Shown one piece after another: positions 18,301 to 26,944 of a DNA stretch of 64,000 nt. This stretch comes from Pseudomonadota bacterium (lineage in GTDB: Bacteria > Myxococcota_A > UBA9042 > GCA-2863065). The notes under the pieces are model-generated. The model saw nothing but the letters and a program-made list of their open reading frames with translations, was not told the origin of the DNA and searched no databases. A program made the translations under genes and the position numbers. Position 1 is the first letter of the stretch; each line of letters opens with the position of its first letter. The stretch is taken from contig PKDL01000514.1 in the NCBI GenBank assembly GCA_002863065.1, positions 65 to 64,064 on the forward strand. The letters are read 5' to 3'.

Positions 18301-19489
18301 GCCAGGCGATCTACTGTCGAAAGGTGATGTGCTTGCGTGCCGAGCCACGGCATCAGACGGATTATTATCGTCGTTAGAAGCAATTATATTGGCCAAGGTC
18401 GTCAATGCCCCACCAGTTGTCGAATCGGTGTCCTTGACGGCAAATGATACGACGGTCACGTGCAATAGTGAGACCTATGATCCTGATACCGAAGACAGCC
18501 TAAATCTTAGTTATGCATGGTTTGCCGATGGGCTTTCTCTACCGCTGGATAGCCACACGGTCTCATCACATTCATTACCTGCCTGTAGCAATGTTACCTG
18601 CGAAGTTACCGTCGATGATGGACATGCGAGCAATGTGAAAACGGCATCACCTCTTGACGTCGATAACCCGAAAGCCTGTGGTCCAGAACCATGCTTAGTG
18701 TGGTCGTGCTCTGCCAACGGATGTACTTCCGTGCCTGGCGTCGGACCGTGCGATGACGGTAACCCATGCACTGGTTCGGGTATCTGCATCAATTCTGTCT
18801 GCGTTGCTGAGCCACTACCCGACGACGCGTGCAATGACAGCAATGTATGCACAACAGACAGTTGTAATGCAGACGTCGGCTGCGTTCATACCCCCGTATC
18901 GTTCGGAGTCGACTGCAATGCAGATGATTCCGTTTGTACAGAGGCGGACTTCTGCAATGCGATGGGCACATGCATTCCAGGCCCCCCGATCAGCTGTGAT
19001 GATGGCATCGCGTGCACATCCGACGCATGTGACCCCAACGATGGGTGCATCGCTACTTTGCCGGGGGAGTCTATCGGCTTCGCCATCGATTTTGGAATGA
19101 CCGAAGAATTTCTTCCATTCGCAGATGAGGCCACCACCGAGCTGGTTCAAGGTCCCCAGGGTGGAGAACACATCGAGTTTTCTTTGCAATACCTCTTGCC
19201 ATCGTCCTTCAATTGGCAGCCGCTGCGATCTAGAGTCATTGTCACCCTGGAGGGACCATGTTGCGGCGGTCTTCCTATCGGGGGGATGTACTTACCAAAC
19301 GTCCTGAGCGACTTAGAAGGCCCCAATGTATACGTGAGTGGCATGGTGATAGGTATCTTTGATCAGGAAATAACGACGGGCTCGACCGTATGCGCAACGG
19401 TCGAAGTGACAGTTTATGACGAACCAGGAACCACCGCAGTCAACACCAGCACTGCGAGGCATATGTTTACTATTATCGACACCGAGTAA
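15359..19489 (+). CDS. Giant secreted lipoprotein/adhesin-like protein: multiple Ig/cadherin-like beta domains plus two blocks of slime-mold-type (Dicty_CTDC-like) Cys repeats
   Basis: Lipobox WLAVSCIAC; repeated ~90-aa beta-rich units (ATxPxxxT..CxxxxDPD); CDDGNxCTxDxCxxxxGC repeated >12 times at nt ~17600-18120 and ~18670-19060. Confidence 0.7.
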   Translation: MGRKFNIYRQLGFIWLAVSCIACEPKSTAFVAPESVANDVVLSEDIKAPNVRILPERPTSRDALTAQLLSPEAGAQYHFRWIVNGELLDDQIDETLPGGTVSRGQSVVLEVSASRDGRTSPWGGASVVIGNAAPVCLRASILPNPPTIFDSIECRCDDLDDPDDDLVDTLCLWSDLEPTLNSCSRPAPHNWLTNTLLTCELTAIDSRQDAGTVIASSMVVNTPPTGGQVGLQPAQVFEDSQVRCLASGATDPDGVSWNYDILVDGLLAATGPEAEINGNSFDKGQSIQCIATATDGIAKGQPIASETVVVGDSPASVVAIQATPPVVTRLQTPSCDITMTDPDLSDIPESVTTWWRNGVVLDWEPASPLGNTVVPGDTIFCSATPLDYPGESTPKLSNNLLVKNLGPDLAGVDILPEAPTISDVLTCVPYAHDPEGDPMVFSYSWSVDGAQITDAGATLSGITAGSLVQCEVQVSDAYGDTASMASSTVAVVHSPPYIEGIAMLPTTPGPCDSVSCIVNDVSDPDGTSNLTIATTLLLNGVPTSETTFAVGAELQCIATITDETGLNVTASSTISQVTNTPPTLSAVTISPAQPTAGDTLTCAPVDAIDPDCNTPPAAIIEWVSEAGVTSGGALETTAEQAGQQVTCSLTVSDGYDSSTAVQSTVTLAPPPSLPTVTITTDINGSVICSPESPLNSPSWFWRVGNNDEFQGPWFLPPSTYQDCDRVTCRAESNGLATNIAEALIPLGPDCDDGSLCTLDTCSPAGGCSHTALSGACDDGDNCTENDACQDAICSGSPTDCDDDNPCTTELCVSGFGCNYGYANGPCDDGDACTLDDYCIEGSCGFASTAICDDGDVCTDDACDSELGCIGWPNVSVCDDGNSCTHMDVCADGDCQGKPLTESITCPDPASPLGYCSNGVCVSNIPPQIPILTISPSIAQAGSPLICSAVATDPDSWPAPMQYTFRWTREPAGIQIADGPELPGDLLSKGDVLACRATASDGLLSSLEAIILAKVVNAPPVVESVSLTANDTTVTCNSETYDPDTEDSLNLSYAWFADGLSLPLDSHTVSSHSLPACSNVTCEVTVDDGHASNVKTASPLDVDNPKACGPEPCLVWSCSANGCTSVPGVGPCDDGNPCTGSGICINSVCVAEPLPDDACNDSNVCTTDSCNADVGCVHTPVSFGVDCNADDSVCTEADFCNAMGTCIPGPPISCDDGIACTSDACDPNDGCIATLPGESIGFAIDFGMTEEFLPFADEATTELVQGPQGGEHIEFSLQYLLPSSFNWQPLRSRVIVTLEGPCCGGLPIGGMYLPNVLSDLEGPNVYVSGMVIGIFDQEITTGSTVCATVEVTVYDEPGTTAVNTSTARHMFTIIDTE

Positions 19490-19524
19490 GGCCGAAAACG
19501 AATCGGAGCCATGCCTTCGGCTGG

Positions 19525-20172
19525 TCAATGATTGGACGATAGACCAAAACCACGCAAAATCGTGTTGAACATTACCTTGAATAATTGCTCTGTCTGTAAT
19601 GCTTCAGGCTGTATACGGTCCCGCTTACGAAAGTGGTCCAGCCCATGGAATGAGGCCCAGATTAGGTATGTTCTCTGCCGCGCATTGCCGGGAATAAGCG
19701 CCCCTGTCGCCACTGCAGCCTCCAGCGCTGAATCGAGCAAGGATAAGACCGGCTCAAGATGGTGGTCCACTTCCAAAGCCTGCGCCTCTGTAAGTACGGG
19801 CCGAGGAGCGGAGAGAAATGCATCGATCAAACCATGCTCAGCCGGTATTTCGGCTGCAGCATCGATCCAAGCCCGCCACCCACGCGTAAGCCGCTCAATG
19901 GCTTGGTCGCTTTCGGATATGCTGCTGCATTCCCCTACCTCTAAGGCATCGCGCACACGCGCTTCATACACGCGAATGGCCCGCATTTGCAGCGCCACCA
20001 CCAGATCACCTTTCGAATGGAAGTAGCGATACAAACCCGATGGCGACATCCCCAGGCTGCGTGATAAGCCACCGATAGTCAGGGCCTCCAGGCCATCCTG
20101 AGATACCAGCTGCAACGCAGTGGTTAGCACGAGCTCTTCATCGAATTTTCTTTTTGGTCCTCGGCGTCCCAT
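19525..20172 (-). CDS. TetR/AcrR family transcriptional regulator (start likely Met at 20172; ORF open to 20238)
   Basis: N-terminal HTH LVLTTALQLVSQDGLEALTIGGLSRSLGMSPSGLYRYFHSKGDLV; divergent from amidohydrolase gene. Confidence 0.8.
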   Translation of the reverse strand: MGRRGPKRKFDEELVLTTALQLVSQDGLEALTIGGLSRSLGMSPSGLYRYFHSKGDLVVALQMRAIRVYEARVRDALEVGECSSISESDQAIERLTRGWRAWIDAAAEIPAEHGLIDAFLSAPRPVLTEAQALEVDHHLEPVLSLLDSALEAAVATGALIPGNARQRTYLIWASFHGLDHFRKRDRIQPEALQTEQLFKVMFNTILRGFGLSSNH

Positions 20173-20205
20173 GAGCGGTGGATAGCACATGTGGAATAAA
20201 TTGAG

Positions 20206-20258
20206 AACGCCATTCTCTATTTTGGTTGACTCCCTCATCTAAAACTGAGAATGGTGTT
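20206..20258. promoter_or_regulatory. Candidate TetR operator: 12-bp inverted repeat AACGCCATTCTC-N29-GAGAATGGTGTT in TetR/amidohydrolase divergent intergenic region
   Basis: Arms 11/12 complementary; first arm is itself a local palindrome GAGAA-N5-TTCTC. Confidence 0.45.
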
Positions 20259-20286
20259 CGCAGTTCTTGTGCGTGAGGAGAAATAA

Positions 20287-22008
20287 ATGTTCGATATTGT
20301 AATTCGAGGAGGCACCGTAATCGATGGTACGGGTGCAACCCGACGGACCGCAGACATCGGAATCAACGGTAGCCAGATTACGGATGTCGGACACCGGCTC
20401 GGCCGCGGGCATCGCGAAATCGATGCCCACGGCCTTTTAGTGACGCCGGGTTTCGTCGACATGCATACCCACTATGACGCCCAAGTGACATGGGATCCTT
20501 ACCTGACTCCATCATCCTGGCACGGTGTCACCACGGTGGTCATGGGCAATTGCGGCGTTGGATTCGCCCCGGTCGCACCAGACAAGCATGCATGGCTCAT
20601 CGGTCTCATGGAGGGTGTCGAAGACATTCCCGGTGCTGCAATGCACGAAGGGATCCAGTGGGGCTGGGAATCGTTCCCAGAGTACCTAGACGCTATCGGA
20701 GCCACGCCACACGCAATCGATTTCGGTACACAAATTCCACACGGCGCGCTGCGCGGCTACGTCATGGGAGAGCGAGGCGCAGCGAATGAAGCGGCAACGG
20801 CCGAAGACATTCAAGAGATGTATCGGTTAGTAAAGGACGCCCTCAATGCGGGAGCCCTCGGCTTTTCCACTTCGAGAACCATGCTGCATAAAGCAATCGA
20901 CGGGAGGCACGTGCCAGGTACCTTTGCTGAAAAGGAGGAATTGTTCGGTATCGGACGCGCCCTACGAGACGCGGGAAAAGGCATCTTTCAGCTAGCAGCC
21001 GATCACCTCAGCGTACCGGAAGAAATCGATTGGATGAGCGAACTATCGAGGAACATGCGGCGCCCGGTGATGTTCAATCTATCGCAAACAGACCAAGCCC
21101 CAGACCTCTGGCGCACTCTCATTCGCAAGTTAGAAGAGGTACACGAAAATGGTGCCCAGGTGTTCGGACAGGTTGCAGGCCGGTCAATAGGTATTGTGAT
21201 GAATTGGCAACTCACTGCACATCCTTTTGCCACGCATCCGAGCTTCCTGAAAATGATGCAGTGCAGCTCAGAAGAAAAGCTGGCTGCGGTCCGGGACCCT
21301 GAATTTCGAGCACGAGTGCTACGAGAGTCTCCTATGCACATCGGAGATTTTGAGACATTCGTAACGACCACGTACTCAAAAATGTTTGAACTAGGAGACA
21401 GTGGAGTCGATTACGAACCTTCGGTAAATACCTCCGTACAAGCCATAGCGACAGCGCAAGGCCGAGACCCGAAAGCGGTTGCATGGGATTTGATGGCCGC
21501 AAAAGATGGCAATGCAATGTTGTATTTCCCGCTTTTCAACTACGCAGATGGCGACTTAGACCTTCTATACGAGCTACATCAACACCCACTGACTCGTATG
21601 GGACTTTCCGATGCTGGCGCACACTGCGGTGCAATCTGTGATGGTGGAATGCCCACCTTCATGCTGACGCATTGGGCTCGAGATCGCACCCGCGGGCCAA
21701 GGCTTCCTTTGGAACACGTGATTCAGCGTCAGACCCGCGATACGGCGCAAACCTTCGGATTACACGATCGCGGGGTAATCGCTAAGGGAATGAAGGCAGA
21801 TCTCAACCTAATCGACTATGACCGTCTAGGCTTTGGTCAGCCCGAAATCACCTGGGACCTGCCCGCTGGTGGTCGGCGCTTGATACAACACGCCGACGGT
21901 TACGAAATGACCATTTGCAGTGGCCAGGTGATCAGCGAGCATGGCCAACAGACAGGAGTGCTCCCCGGACAACTCATTCGAGGCGCAAAAAAGGTCCCGA
22001 CACCATGA
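20287..22008 (+). CDS. Amidohydrolase family, N-acyl-D-amino-acid deacylase (D-aminoacylase)-like
   Basis: N-terminus MFDIVIRGGTVIDGTG...ADIGINGSQI..VG ... PGFVDMHTHYD typical of D-aminoacylase/metal-dependent hydrolases. Confidence 0.75.
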   Translation: MFDIVIRGGTVIDGTGATRRTADIGINGSQITDVGHRLGRGHREIDAHGLLVTPGFVDMHTHYDAQVTWDPYLTPSSWHGVTTVVMGNCGVGFAPVAPDKHAWLIGLMEGVEDIPGAAMHEGIQWGWESFPEYLDAIGATPHAIDFGTQIPHGALRGYVMGERGAANEAATAEDIQEMYRLVKDALNAGALGFSTSRTMLHKAIDGRHVPGTFAEKEELFGIGRALRDAGKGIFQLAADHLSVPEEIDWMSELSRNMRRPVMFNLSQTDQAPDLWRTLIRKLEEVHENGAQVFGQVAGRSIGIVMNWQLTAHPFATHPSFLKMMQCSSEEKLAAVRDPEFRARVLRESPMHIGDFETFVTTTYSKMFELGDSGVDYEPSVNTSVQAIATAQGRDPKAVAWDLMAAKDGNAMLYFPLFNYADGDLDLLYELHQHPLTRMGLSDAGAHCGAICDGGMPTFMLTHWARDRTRGPRLPLEHVIQRQTRDTAQTFGLHDRGVIAKGMKADLNLIDYDRLGFGQPEITWDLPAGGRRLIQHADGYEMTICSGQVISEHGQQTGVLPGQLIRGAKKVPTP

Positions 22009-22691
22009 TTCCGCAGGCCATAGTAACCGGCGGGAACAAAGGAATTGGCTTGCATGTCGCGATGCGATTGTTGCGACGTGGTTATCATGTGCATGTGCTA
22101 TCGCGGACAGCACCTCTTGATCCACCTGCCGGTCTACAGCACCATGCGCTCGATATCTCAAACGATCAGGCGCTATATGAAGTAATCGAGTCCCTCCCAA
22201 CACCAGACATACTCATCAACAACGCTGGAGTAATGTGCGCCTCGCCGTGGGATACATACTCCGTAGCAGACGAGACTAGAACGCTGGCCGTCAACCTCAT
22301 AGCTCCAATGCATCTGATGCAATGGATTGGCAGACGCATGGCCGATGCTGGTACCGGTCGTATTGTAAATGTGGGTTCGATAGCCGGTGATATAGGTCAT
22401 CCGGATATCTGGTACGGAGCAACAAAAGCAGCGTTGCTGAACGCTACCAAAAGCTTCGCAATGATGCTGGGGCGATCCGGCGTATGCGTCAATATCGTCG
22501 CGCCAGGACCCGTAGAAACGGATATGCTCAAGGCAATACCTTCTGAGCGACTTCAGCGGATCCAGCAGCGCATGCTGAGTGGCCGAGTACTTCAAGCCGA
22601 TGAGGTTGCGTCCGCAATTGAATGGTTGGCCATCGATAGTCCAATAACCTTGAATGGAGCGTGTCTACCTCTATACGACGGCCCCCGATAA
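22005..22691 (+). CDS. SDR family short-chain dehydrogenase/reductase
   Basis: TGGNKGIG Rossmann motif, NNAG, catalytic Y-x3-K (YGATKAAL); ATGA overlap with upstream gene. Confidence 0.8.
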   Translation: MIPQAIVTGGNKGIGLHVAMRLLRRGYHVHVLSRTAPLDPPAGLQHHALDISNDQALYEVIESLPTPDILINNAGVMCASPWDTYSVADETRTLAVNLIAPMHLMQWIGRRMADAGTGRIVNVGSIAGDIGHPDIWYGATKAALLNATKSFAMMLGRSGVCVNIVAPGPVETDMLKAIPSERLQRIQQRMLSGRVLQADEVASAIEWLAIDSPITLNGACLPLYDGPR

Positions 22692-22699
22692 CCGCACAA

Positions 22700-23290
22700 T
22701 CAACCGAAATATTCAGGGGCATTCCCCGGTAACCACTTAATATTGCAACCCAAACTCGGGCGCTGCTCTTCTGGCGACTCAATACCCGAAAATACGGCGT
22801 GGACTGCAGCTCGTAAATCGGCTCCAGTCACTGGAATATCAGAACCCGGGCGGCTGTCATCCAATTGACCGCGGTAAAACAATCTGCCGGCTGAATCATA
22901 CAGAAAAAAGTCTGGAGTACATGCCGCTCCGAATGCTTTCGCGACGCTTTGGGTCTCATCCAAACAGAACGGAAAGTTCATCCCAGCCGATGTACCCAAG
23001 GATTTCATCGCCTCCGGTCCGTCCTGAGGATACCGCTCTACGTCATTTGAATTAATGGCAATGACTCGCCCACCTCGATCAACAATGTCATTCGCGAGCC
23101 GGATCATCTCGTCCATAACGTGCACGACGAACGGGCAATGGTTGCAGATGAACATGAACAGAGTGTGTTGCCCAGCAACCATATCTGAATCAACCGACTT
23201 CCCGGTGATTTGGTCGATCATACGAAATGACGGCATAACAGAGCCTAGCGGTGCCATTGTCGAGGGGGTACGTGCCATGTGGTTCTCCAA
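22700..23290 (-). CDS. Thioredoxin-fold redoxin family protein (CxxC = CNHC)
   Basis: FMFICNHCPFVVHV redox motif in thioredoxin-like context; downstream of SGNH/MBOAT genes. Confidence 0.55.
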   Translation of the reverse strand: MENHMARTPSTMAPLGSVMPSFRMIDQITGKSVDSDMVAGQHTLFMFICNHCPFVVHVMDEMIRLANDIVDRGGRVIAINSNDVERYPQDGPEAMKSLGTSAGMNFPFCLDETQSVAKAFGAACTPDFFLYDSAGRLFYRGQLDDSRPGSDIPVTGADLRAAVHAVFSGIESPEEQRPSLGCNIKWLPGNAPEYFG

Positions 23291-23336
23291 TGAGAGATAA
23301 TTTCACTCGTGATAATGAACAGCGGAAGGCCGAAAC

Positions 23337-25052
23337 CTATGCGTCGGGATGGTCGCTGAGCCAGTGTGCAAAGTCCTTCAGCAGCGCTTGATAGAACATC
23401 ACTCCCAGTACTTTATTTCCCTTGCTCGTCATGTGAGCAAAATCTCCAGACATGAGACCGCTTTTATACCAACGGCCGGACGCACCATCGCCACCCATTG
23501 CCTCGAACGTATTGTAAAATGCGCAACCGACTGACGCGGCGATAGAACGCTGAATAGGAACCATCTCTAGCATCCTACGGTTCGTACGAATTCTACCTCG
23601 GTACTTTTCACCATGGGCCACCGGCGTCATCACTAGACAACTCGCCTCGGGACGCCCCGCTCGCATGCGCCGTATGGCCGCTGTGTACTTTTCTGCGTAG
23701 GTATCGAGACTTCCGCTATCTCCTACTTCATTTCCCCCGTACATGAATACCTGAAGGTCGGGTGACCGATGCTCTACTTGCGCTTTGATGTGTTCCGAAT
23801 TGAAATTCAACAGACGACTTGAACGCGTCCCCACCATTTGCACTGCATCGTAGACGATGCCCGGCCCAGCTGTTTCGAGAGTGACGCCATACGTGTGCAC
23901 ATTACCACCGCCGGACGCGCGTACTTCGAATGTGTGCTTACCAGGTCCACTCGCTGAAAATACGCGATAACGATCCGCTGGAAGGTCCTCACGAGTCTCA
24001 AATTCGCTCCAGTCTCCACCATCGATTCGCACAGAAATTCTGCCGCCACGAGGAAACGCCAGGTAATACAATTCCAGACGGTCAGCATACGCTTCGTACG
24101 TCGACTTGGCCCCCCAGCCAATTCCAGCGACACCGCCGTATCCATATCGACCTGGAGCCCAGCGTGACTTTGATAATTTATTGCTTGTTACGGTCTTAGA
24201 CTTCCAGCCGCGGGCCTTGTAAATCACGTCCTTCTGTCGATACCACTGCCACCCCGGTGCAACGTTCACCCATCCTTTACCCGCGCTTCCAAATCTCGTC
24301 TGCAGCTTCCGACGTATCGAGGACGTCAATCCGTCCGCCCCGATAACAGAGTCGCCGTAGTGAGACACACGCACCACGGCACCAGCCTCGCGGCGCCCCG
24401 TACGAACCAACTGCCGGTAAAAGTGATCAAGGGTTCCATTGGTCAACTCAAAATCCATCGGTACGTTTTCGTAATCCGACGTAGTGATATGCAATGCTGG
24501 ATGTTTGGGCGGTTTGGGCGGCTCAGGCGCCACCACAGCCGATGCCATGCGTACATCAGAGGCTGAAGCTCCCATATCTGCGGTCGAACCTCCTGATAGA
24601 TCCACCGACTTTTCCGCACCATCCGACGTCCGTATCGAGTTTGAGACCGCCGATGGTGCCATGGGTGAAAGCGATGTCCCGACAGGTGGAGGCGCGAGTA
24701 GCTCAGCCTCGTCGGTTGTATCCTCAACTACAGCCGCTGCAATGAGTGACGTATCGATTCCCGAGGCATCGGCACCTTCTGTGTTCGAATCGAATGTAAC
24801 TAGTCCGTTAGCAAGGTGCGTGGGCGCTTCACTACCCGATGCTCTCTGGCCGCCCATCCAGTGAGCAAATGGTACCGCCTCTCCATCGATCCAAGGCCGA
24901 TAGTCCTCAAGGGCAGGAACCACATACGTGAGCGCTACGCAGCAGAGCACCATTACCCCGGTCCCAAGCCCTTGTAATAACGCGCGTCGTGTCTCTTCCT
25001 CAGACACACGTTCCGGTACATCAGGGGCTAGGTCACTAATGCTCAATATCAT
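23337..25052 (-). CDS. Membrane-anchored SGNH/GDSL hydrolase-fold protein (AlgX/AlgJ/PatB-like O-acyltransferase partner)
   Basis: N-terminal TM anchor; block I HYGDSVIG (GDS), block III YGGNEV, block V DFAH (DxxH); immediately downstream of MBOAT gene. Confidence 0.65.
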   Translation of the reverse strand: MILSISDLAPDVPERVSEEETRRALLQGLGTGVMVLCCVALTYVVPALEDYRPWIDGEAVPFAHWMGGQRASGSEAPTHLANGLVTFDSNTEGADASGIDTSLIAAAVVEDTTDEAELLAPPPVGTSLSPMAPSAVSNSIRTSDGAEKSVDLSGGSTADMGASASDVRMASAVVAPEPPKPPKHPALHITTSDYENVPMDFELTNGTLDHFYRQLVRTGRREAGAVVRVSHYGDSVIGADGLTSSIRRKLQTRFGSAGKGWVNVAPGWQWYRQKDVIYKARGWKSKTVTSNKLSKSRWAPGRYGYGGVAGIGWGAKSTYEAYADRLELYYLAFPRGGRISVRIDGGDWSEFETREDLPADRYRVFSASGPGKHTFEVRASGGGNVHTYGVTLETAGPGIVYDAVQMVGTRSSRLLNFNSEHIKAQVEHRSPDLQVFMYGGNEVGDSGSLDTYAEKYTAAIRRMRAGRPEASCLVMTPVAHGEKYRGRIRTNRRMLEMVPIQRSIAASVGCAFYNTFEAMGGDGASGRWYKSGLMSGDFAHMTSKGNKVLGVMFYQALLKDFAHWLSDHPDA

Positions 25053-25097
25053 CTCCTGCGATAAGCTTATGCGAACCGGAGCCCGCGGTTATACGTC

Positions 25098-26531
25098 CTA
25101 AAACGCAAAATAAATGAATGGCACGGGCTGTGTATTCGATAAGTAGACCATCCACCAAGTCATAATCCCAAGTGCTATTCCCTGGAGTGGCCAGGGAGCG
25201 GCCACAAATACATACCCAGCCTGGTCCACCCACCGCTTCGGTGACCAGTGCACAGCAAAGCTAACGGCCAGGACAAGCCAAATCTTCCAATGAATATGAT
25301 CGAGGCCCCAGTCCGGCCCAAACAGAGCGATAAAAACGCGCCAGGCTTCATCGAGGTTCTGTCCTCGAAACAAGACCCTTGCCACCGATACAAATAAAAA
25401 AGCGAACGCAACACGCCAGATAAGGTTCCAGCCCGTGAGATCGTAGGCGAGCTTCAAGCGAACACGACGCTGATTGTGATATCGATTTACGCAGACGACA
25501 AAGCCATGAAACACCCCGTACCAAAAGAACGTCCAATTGGCTCCGTGCCACAGTCCCATAACGATGAGAACCACCATGATATTCATGTATGCTCGGGTAT
25601 CGCCTTTTCTGGTGCCTCCAAGGGGGAAGTAGATGTAGTGGCGGACCCAGAGCGACAGCGTCATATGCCAACGGCGCCAGAACTTAGCCACGGATTCAGC
25701 CTGATATGGCCGCTGAAAGTTGATGGGCAACTCATAGCCAAAAAACTTGCCGCTACCACGGGCAAGATCGGTATAGCCCGAAAAGTCGCAGTATATCTGC
25801 ATCGAGTAGGCGAATAGCCCCAAGAGAACCTCTGCAGATGTAAAATCACCAGTGCGTGCATAAATGCGGTCGACCAGATTAATCCCGAGGAAATCCGCAA
25901 TTGCTACCTTCTTTATGAGCCCCTTGATCGTCAGAAATATTCCCTCTGATAGCTGTCTTCGAGTCAGTTGAGGTGGCCGTTCAAACTGCGGAATCAAGTG
26001 AGATGCCAGTACAATTGGACCGGCCACGAGCTGGGGAAAGAACGATACAAAAAGCGCAAATTTCACAAAGTTTCGAATCGGCTGTTGGTCACCCCGGAAA
26101 ATATCGATGCTGTAGGCCATCGTTTGAAACGTATAGAAGGAAATGCCCACGGGGAGCGCAGCCCGGAGAAAGGGAAACGCCACTGATTCATCGAACCAAC
26201 CCATCGATATGAGTACTGTGCGGATACTGTCGAGAAAGAAGTCGTAATACTTAAAGGTCCCCAATAGCCCAAGATTTGTCACCAGGCTGATAGTTAGAAA
26301 CAGCTTCTTTCGTGCTTTTGACTTCGCTTCCGCAATCTGGATGCCGCAGGTGTAGTCTACGACCGTCGACCCCAGGATCAGGAGAATGTAGACCGCCTTG
26401 GCATTCATGTAGAAAAACCACGATGCCAAAAGGAGCATCGTCAGACGCAACATACGGAATCGAGCGAGGCCCCAAGATAAAATGAAGGCCACGACTAGGA
26501 AGATTGCGTAGCTTAGTGAGTTAAACGCCAA
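25098..26531 (-). CDS. MBOAT family membrane-bound O-acyltransferase (AlgI/DltB/PatA-like)
   Basis: Multi-TM; conserved FWRRWHMTLSLWVRHYIYFPLGG histidine motif. Confidence 0.85.
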   Translation of the reverse strand: MAFNSLSYAIFLVVAFILSWGLARFRMLRLTMLLLASWFFYMNAKAVYILLILGSTVVDYTCGIQIAEAKSKARKKLFLTISLVTNLGLLGTFKYYDFFLDSIRTVLISMGWFDESVAFPFLRAALPVGISFYTFQTMAYSIDIFRGDQQPIRNFVKFALFVSFFPQLVAGPIVLASHLIPQFERPPQLTRRQLSEGIFLTIKGLIKKVAIADFLGINLVDRIYARTGDFTSAEVLLGLFAYSMQIYCDFSGYTDLARGSGKFFGYELPINFQRPYQAESVAKFWRRWHMTLSLWVRHYIYFPLGGTRKGDTRAYMNIMVVLIVMGLWHGANWTFFWYGVFHGFVVCVNRYHNQRRVRLKLAYDLTGWNLIWRVAFAFLFVSVARVLFRGQNLDEAWRVFIALFGPDWGLDHIHWKIWLVLAVSFAVHWSPKRWVDQAGYVFVAAPWPLQGIALGIMTWWMVYLSNTQPVPFIYFAF

Positions 26532-26944
26532 GTCGTCGCTCGCCTAATCATCCTGCTGCGGAAGCGCTCTTACCACGTTAGCGGAATGAAGCGCCTCCCC
26601 ACCGTCTCCGAAGTACCCATAGCCTGACATGCCCTGCATGCCAGCTGTTATTGTGCGCCGCTGCTTACAGCGATGTGGTTCCCGAGGTTCGAGAATAGTC
26701 ACCGAACCTGGATTCCCGCACGCTGCCATAATCAGCCACACTTGCTAACACTTTGGTGAAAATGCGTCCAGCAGATGCGACGGTAAGAGCATTACTTCTC
26801 CGGGCTGATATCCGCAGTATGAAAGTTCAAGTGCCATCATATTCCGCGCGTTCGTGCGACAATGCAGCACCACCTGCTAAAACTTTTCTCAGGTGGGAAT
26901 CACTGTCATAAGACTACGGATGCATAATCAACAGGGACAGCAAG

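Noticed and set aside
19490-19534. GCCGAA...TTCGGC pairing after the giant gene stop as a terminator
   Set aside because: The stem is short (6 bp) with a ~28-nt loop and overlaps the convergent TetR 3' end, so it is not convincing.
26683-26712. GGTTCGAG-containing hairpin resembling a tRNA T-arm
   Set aside because: No acceptor, D or anticodon stem could be built around it, so it is not a tRNA; it is left as an unexplained hairpin in the 26532-26944 gap.
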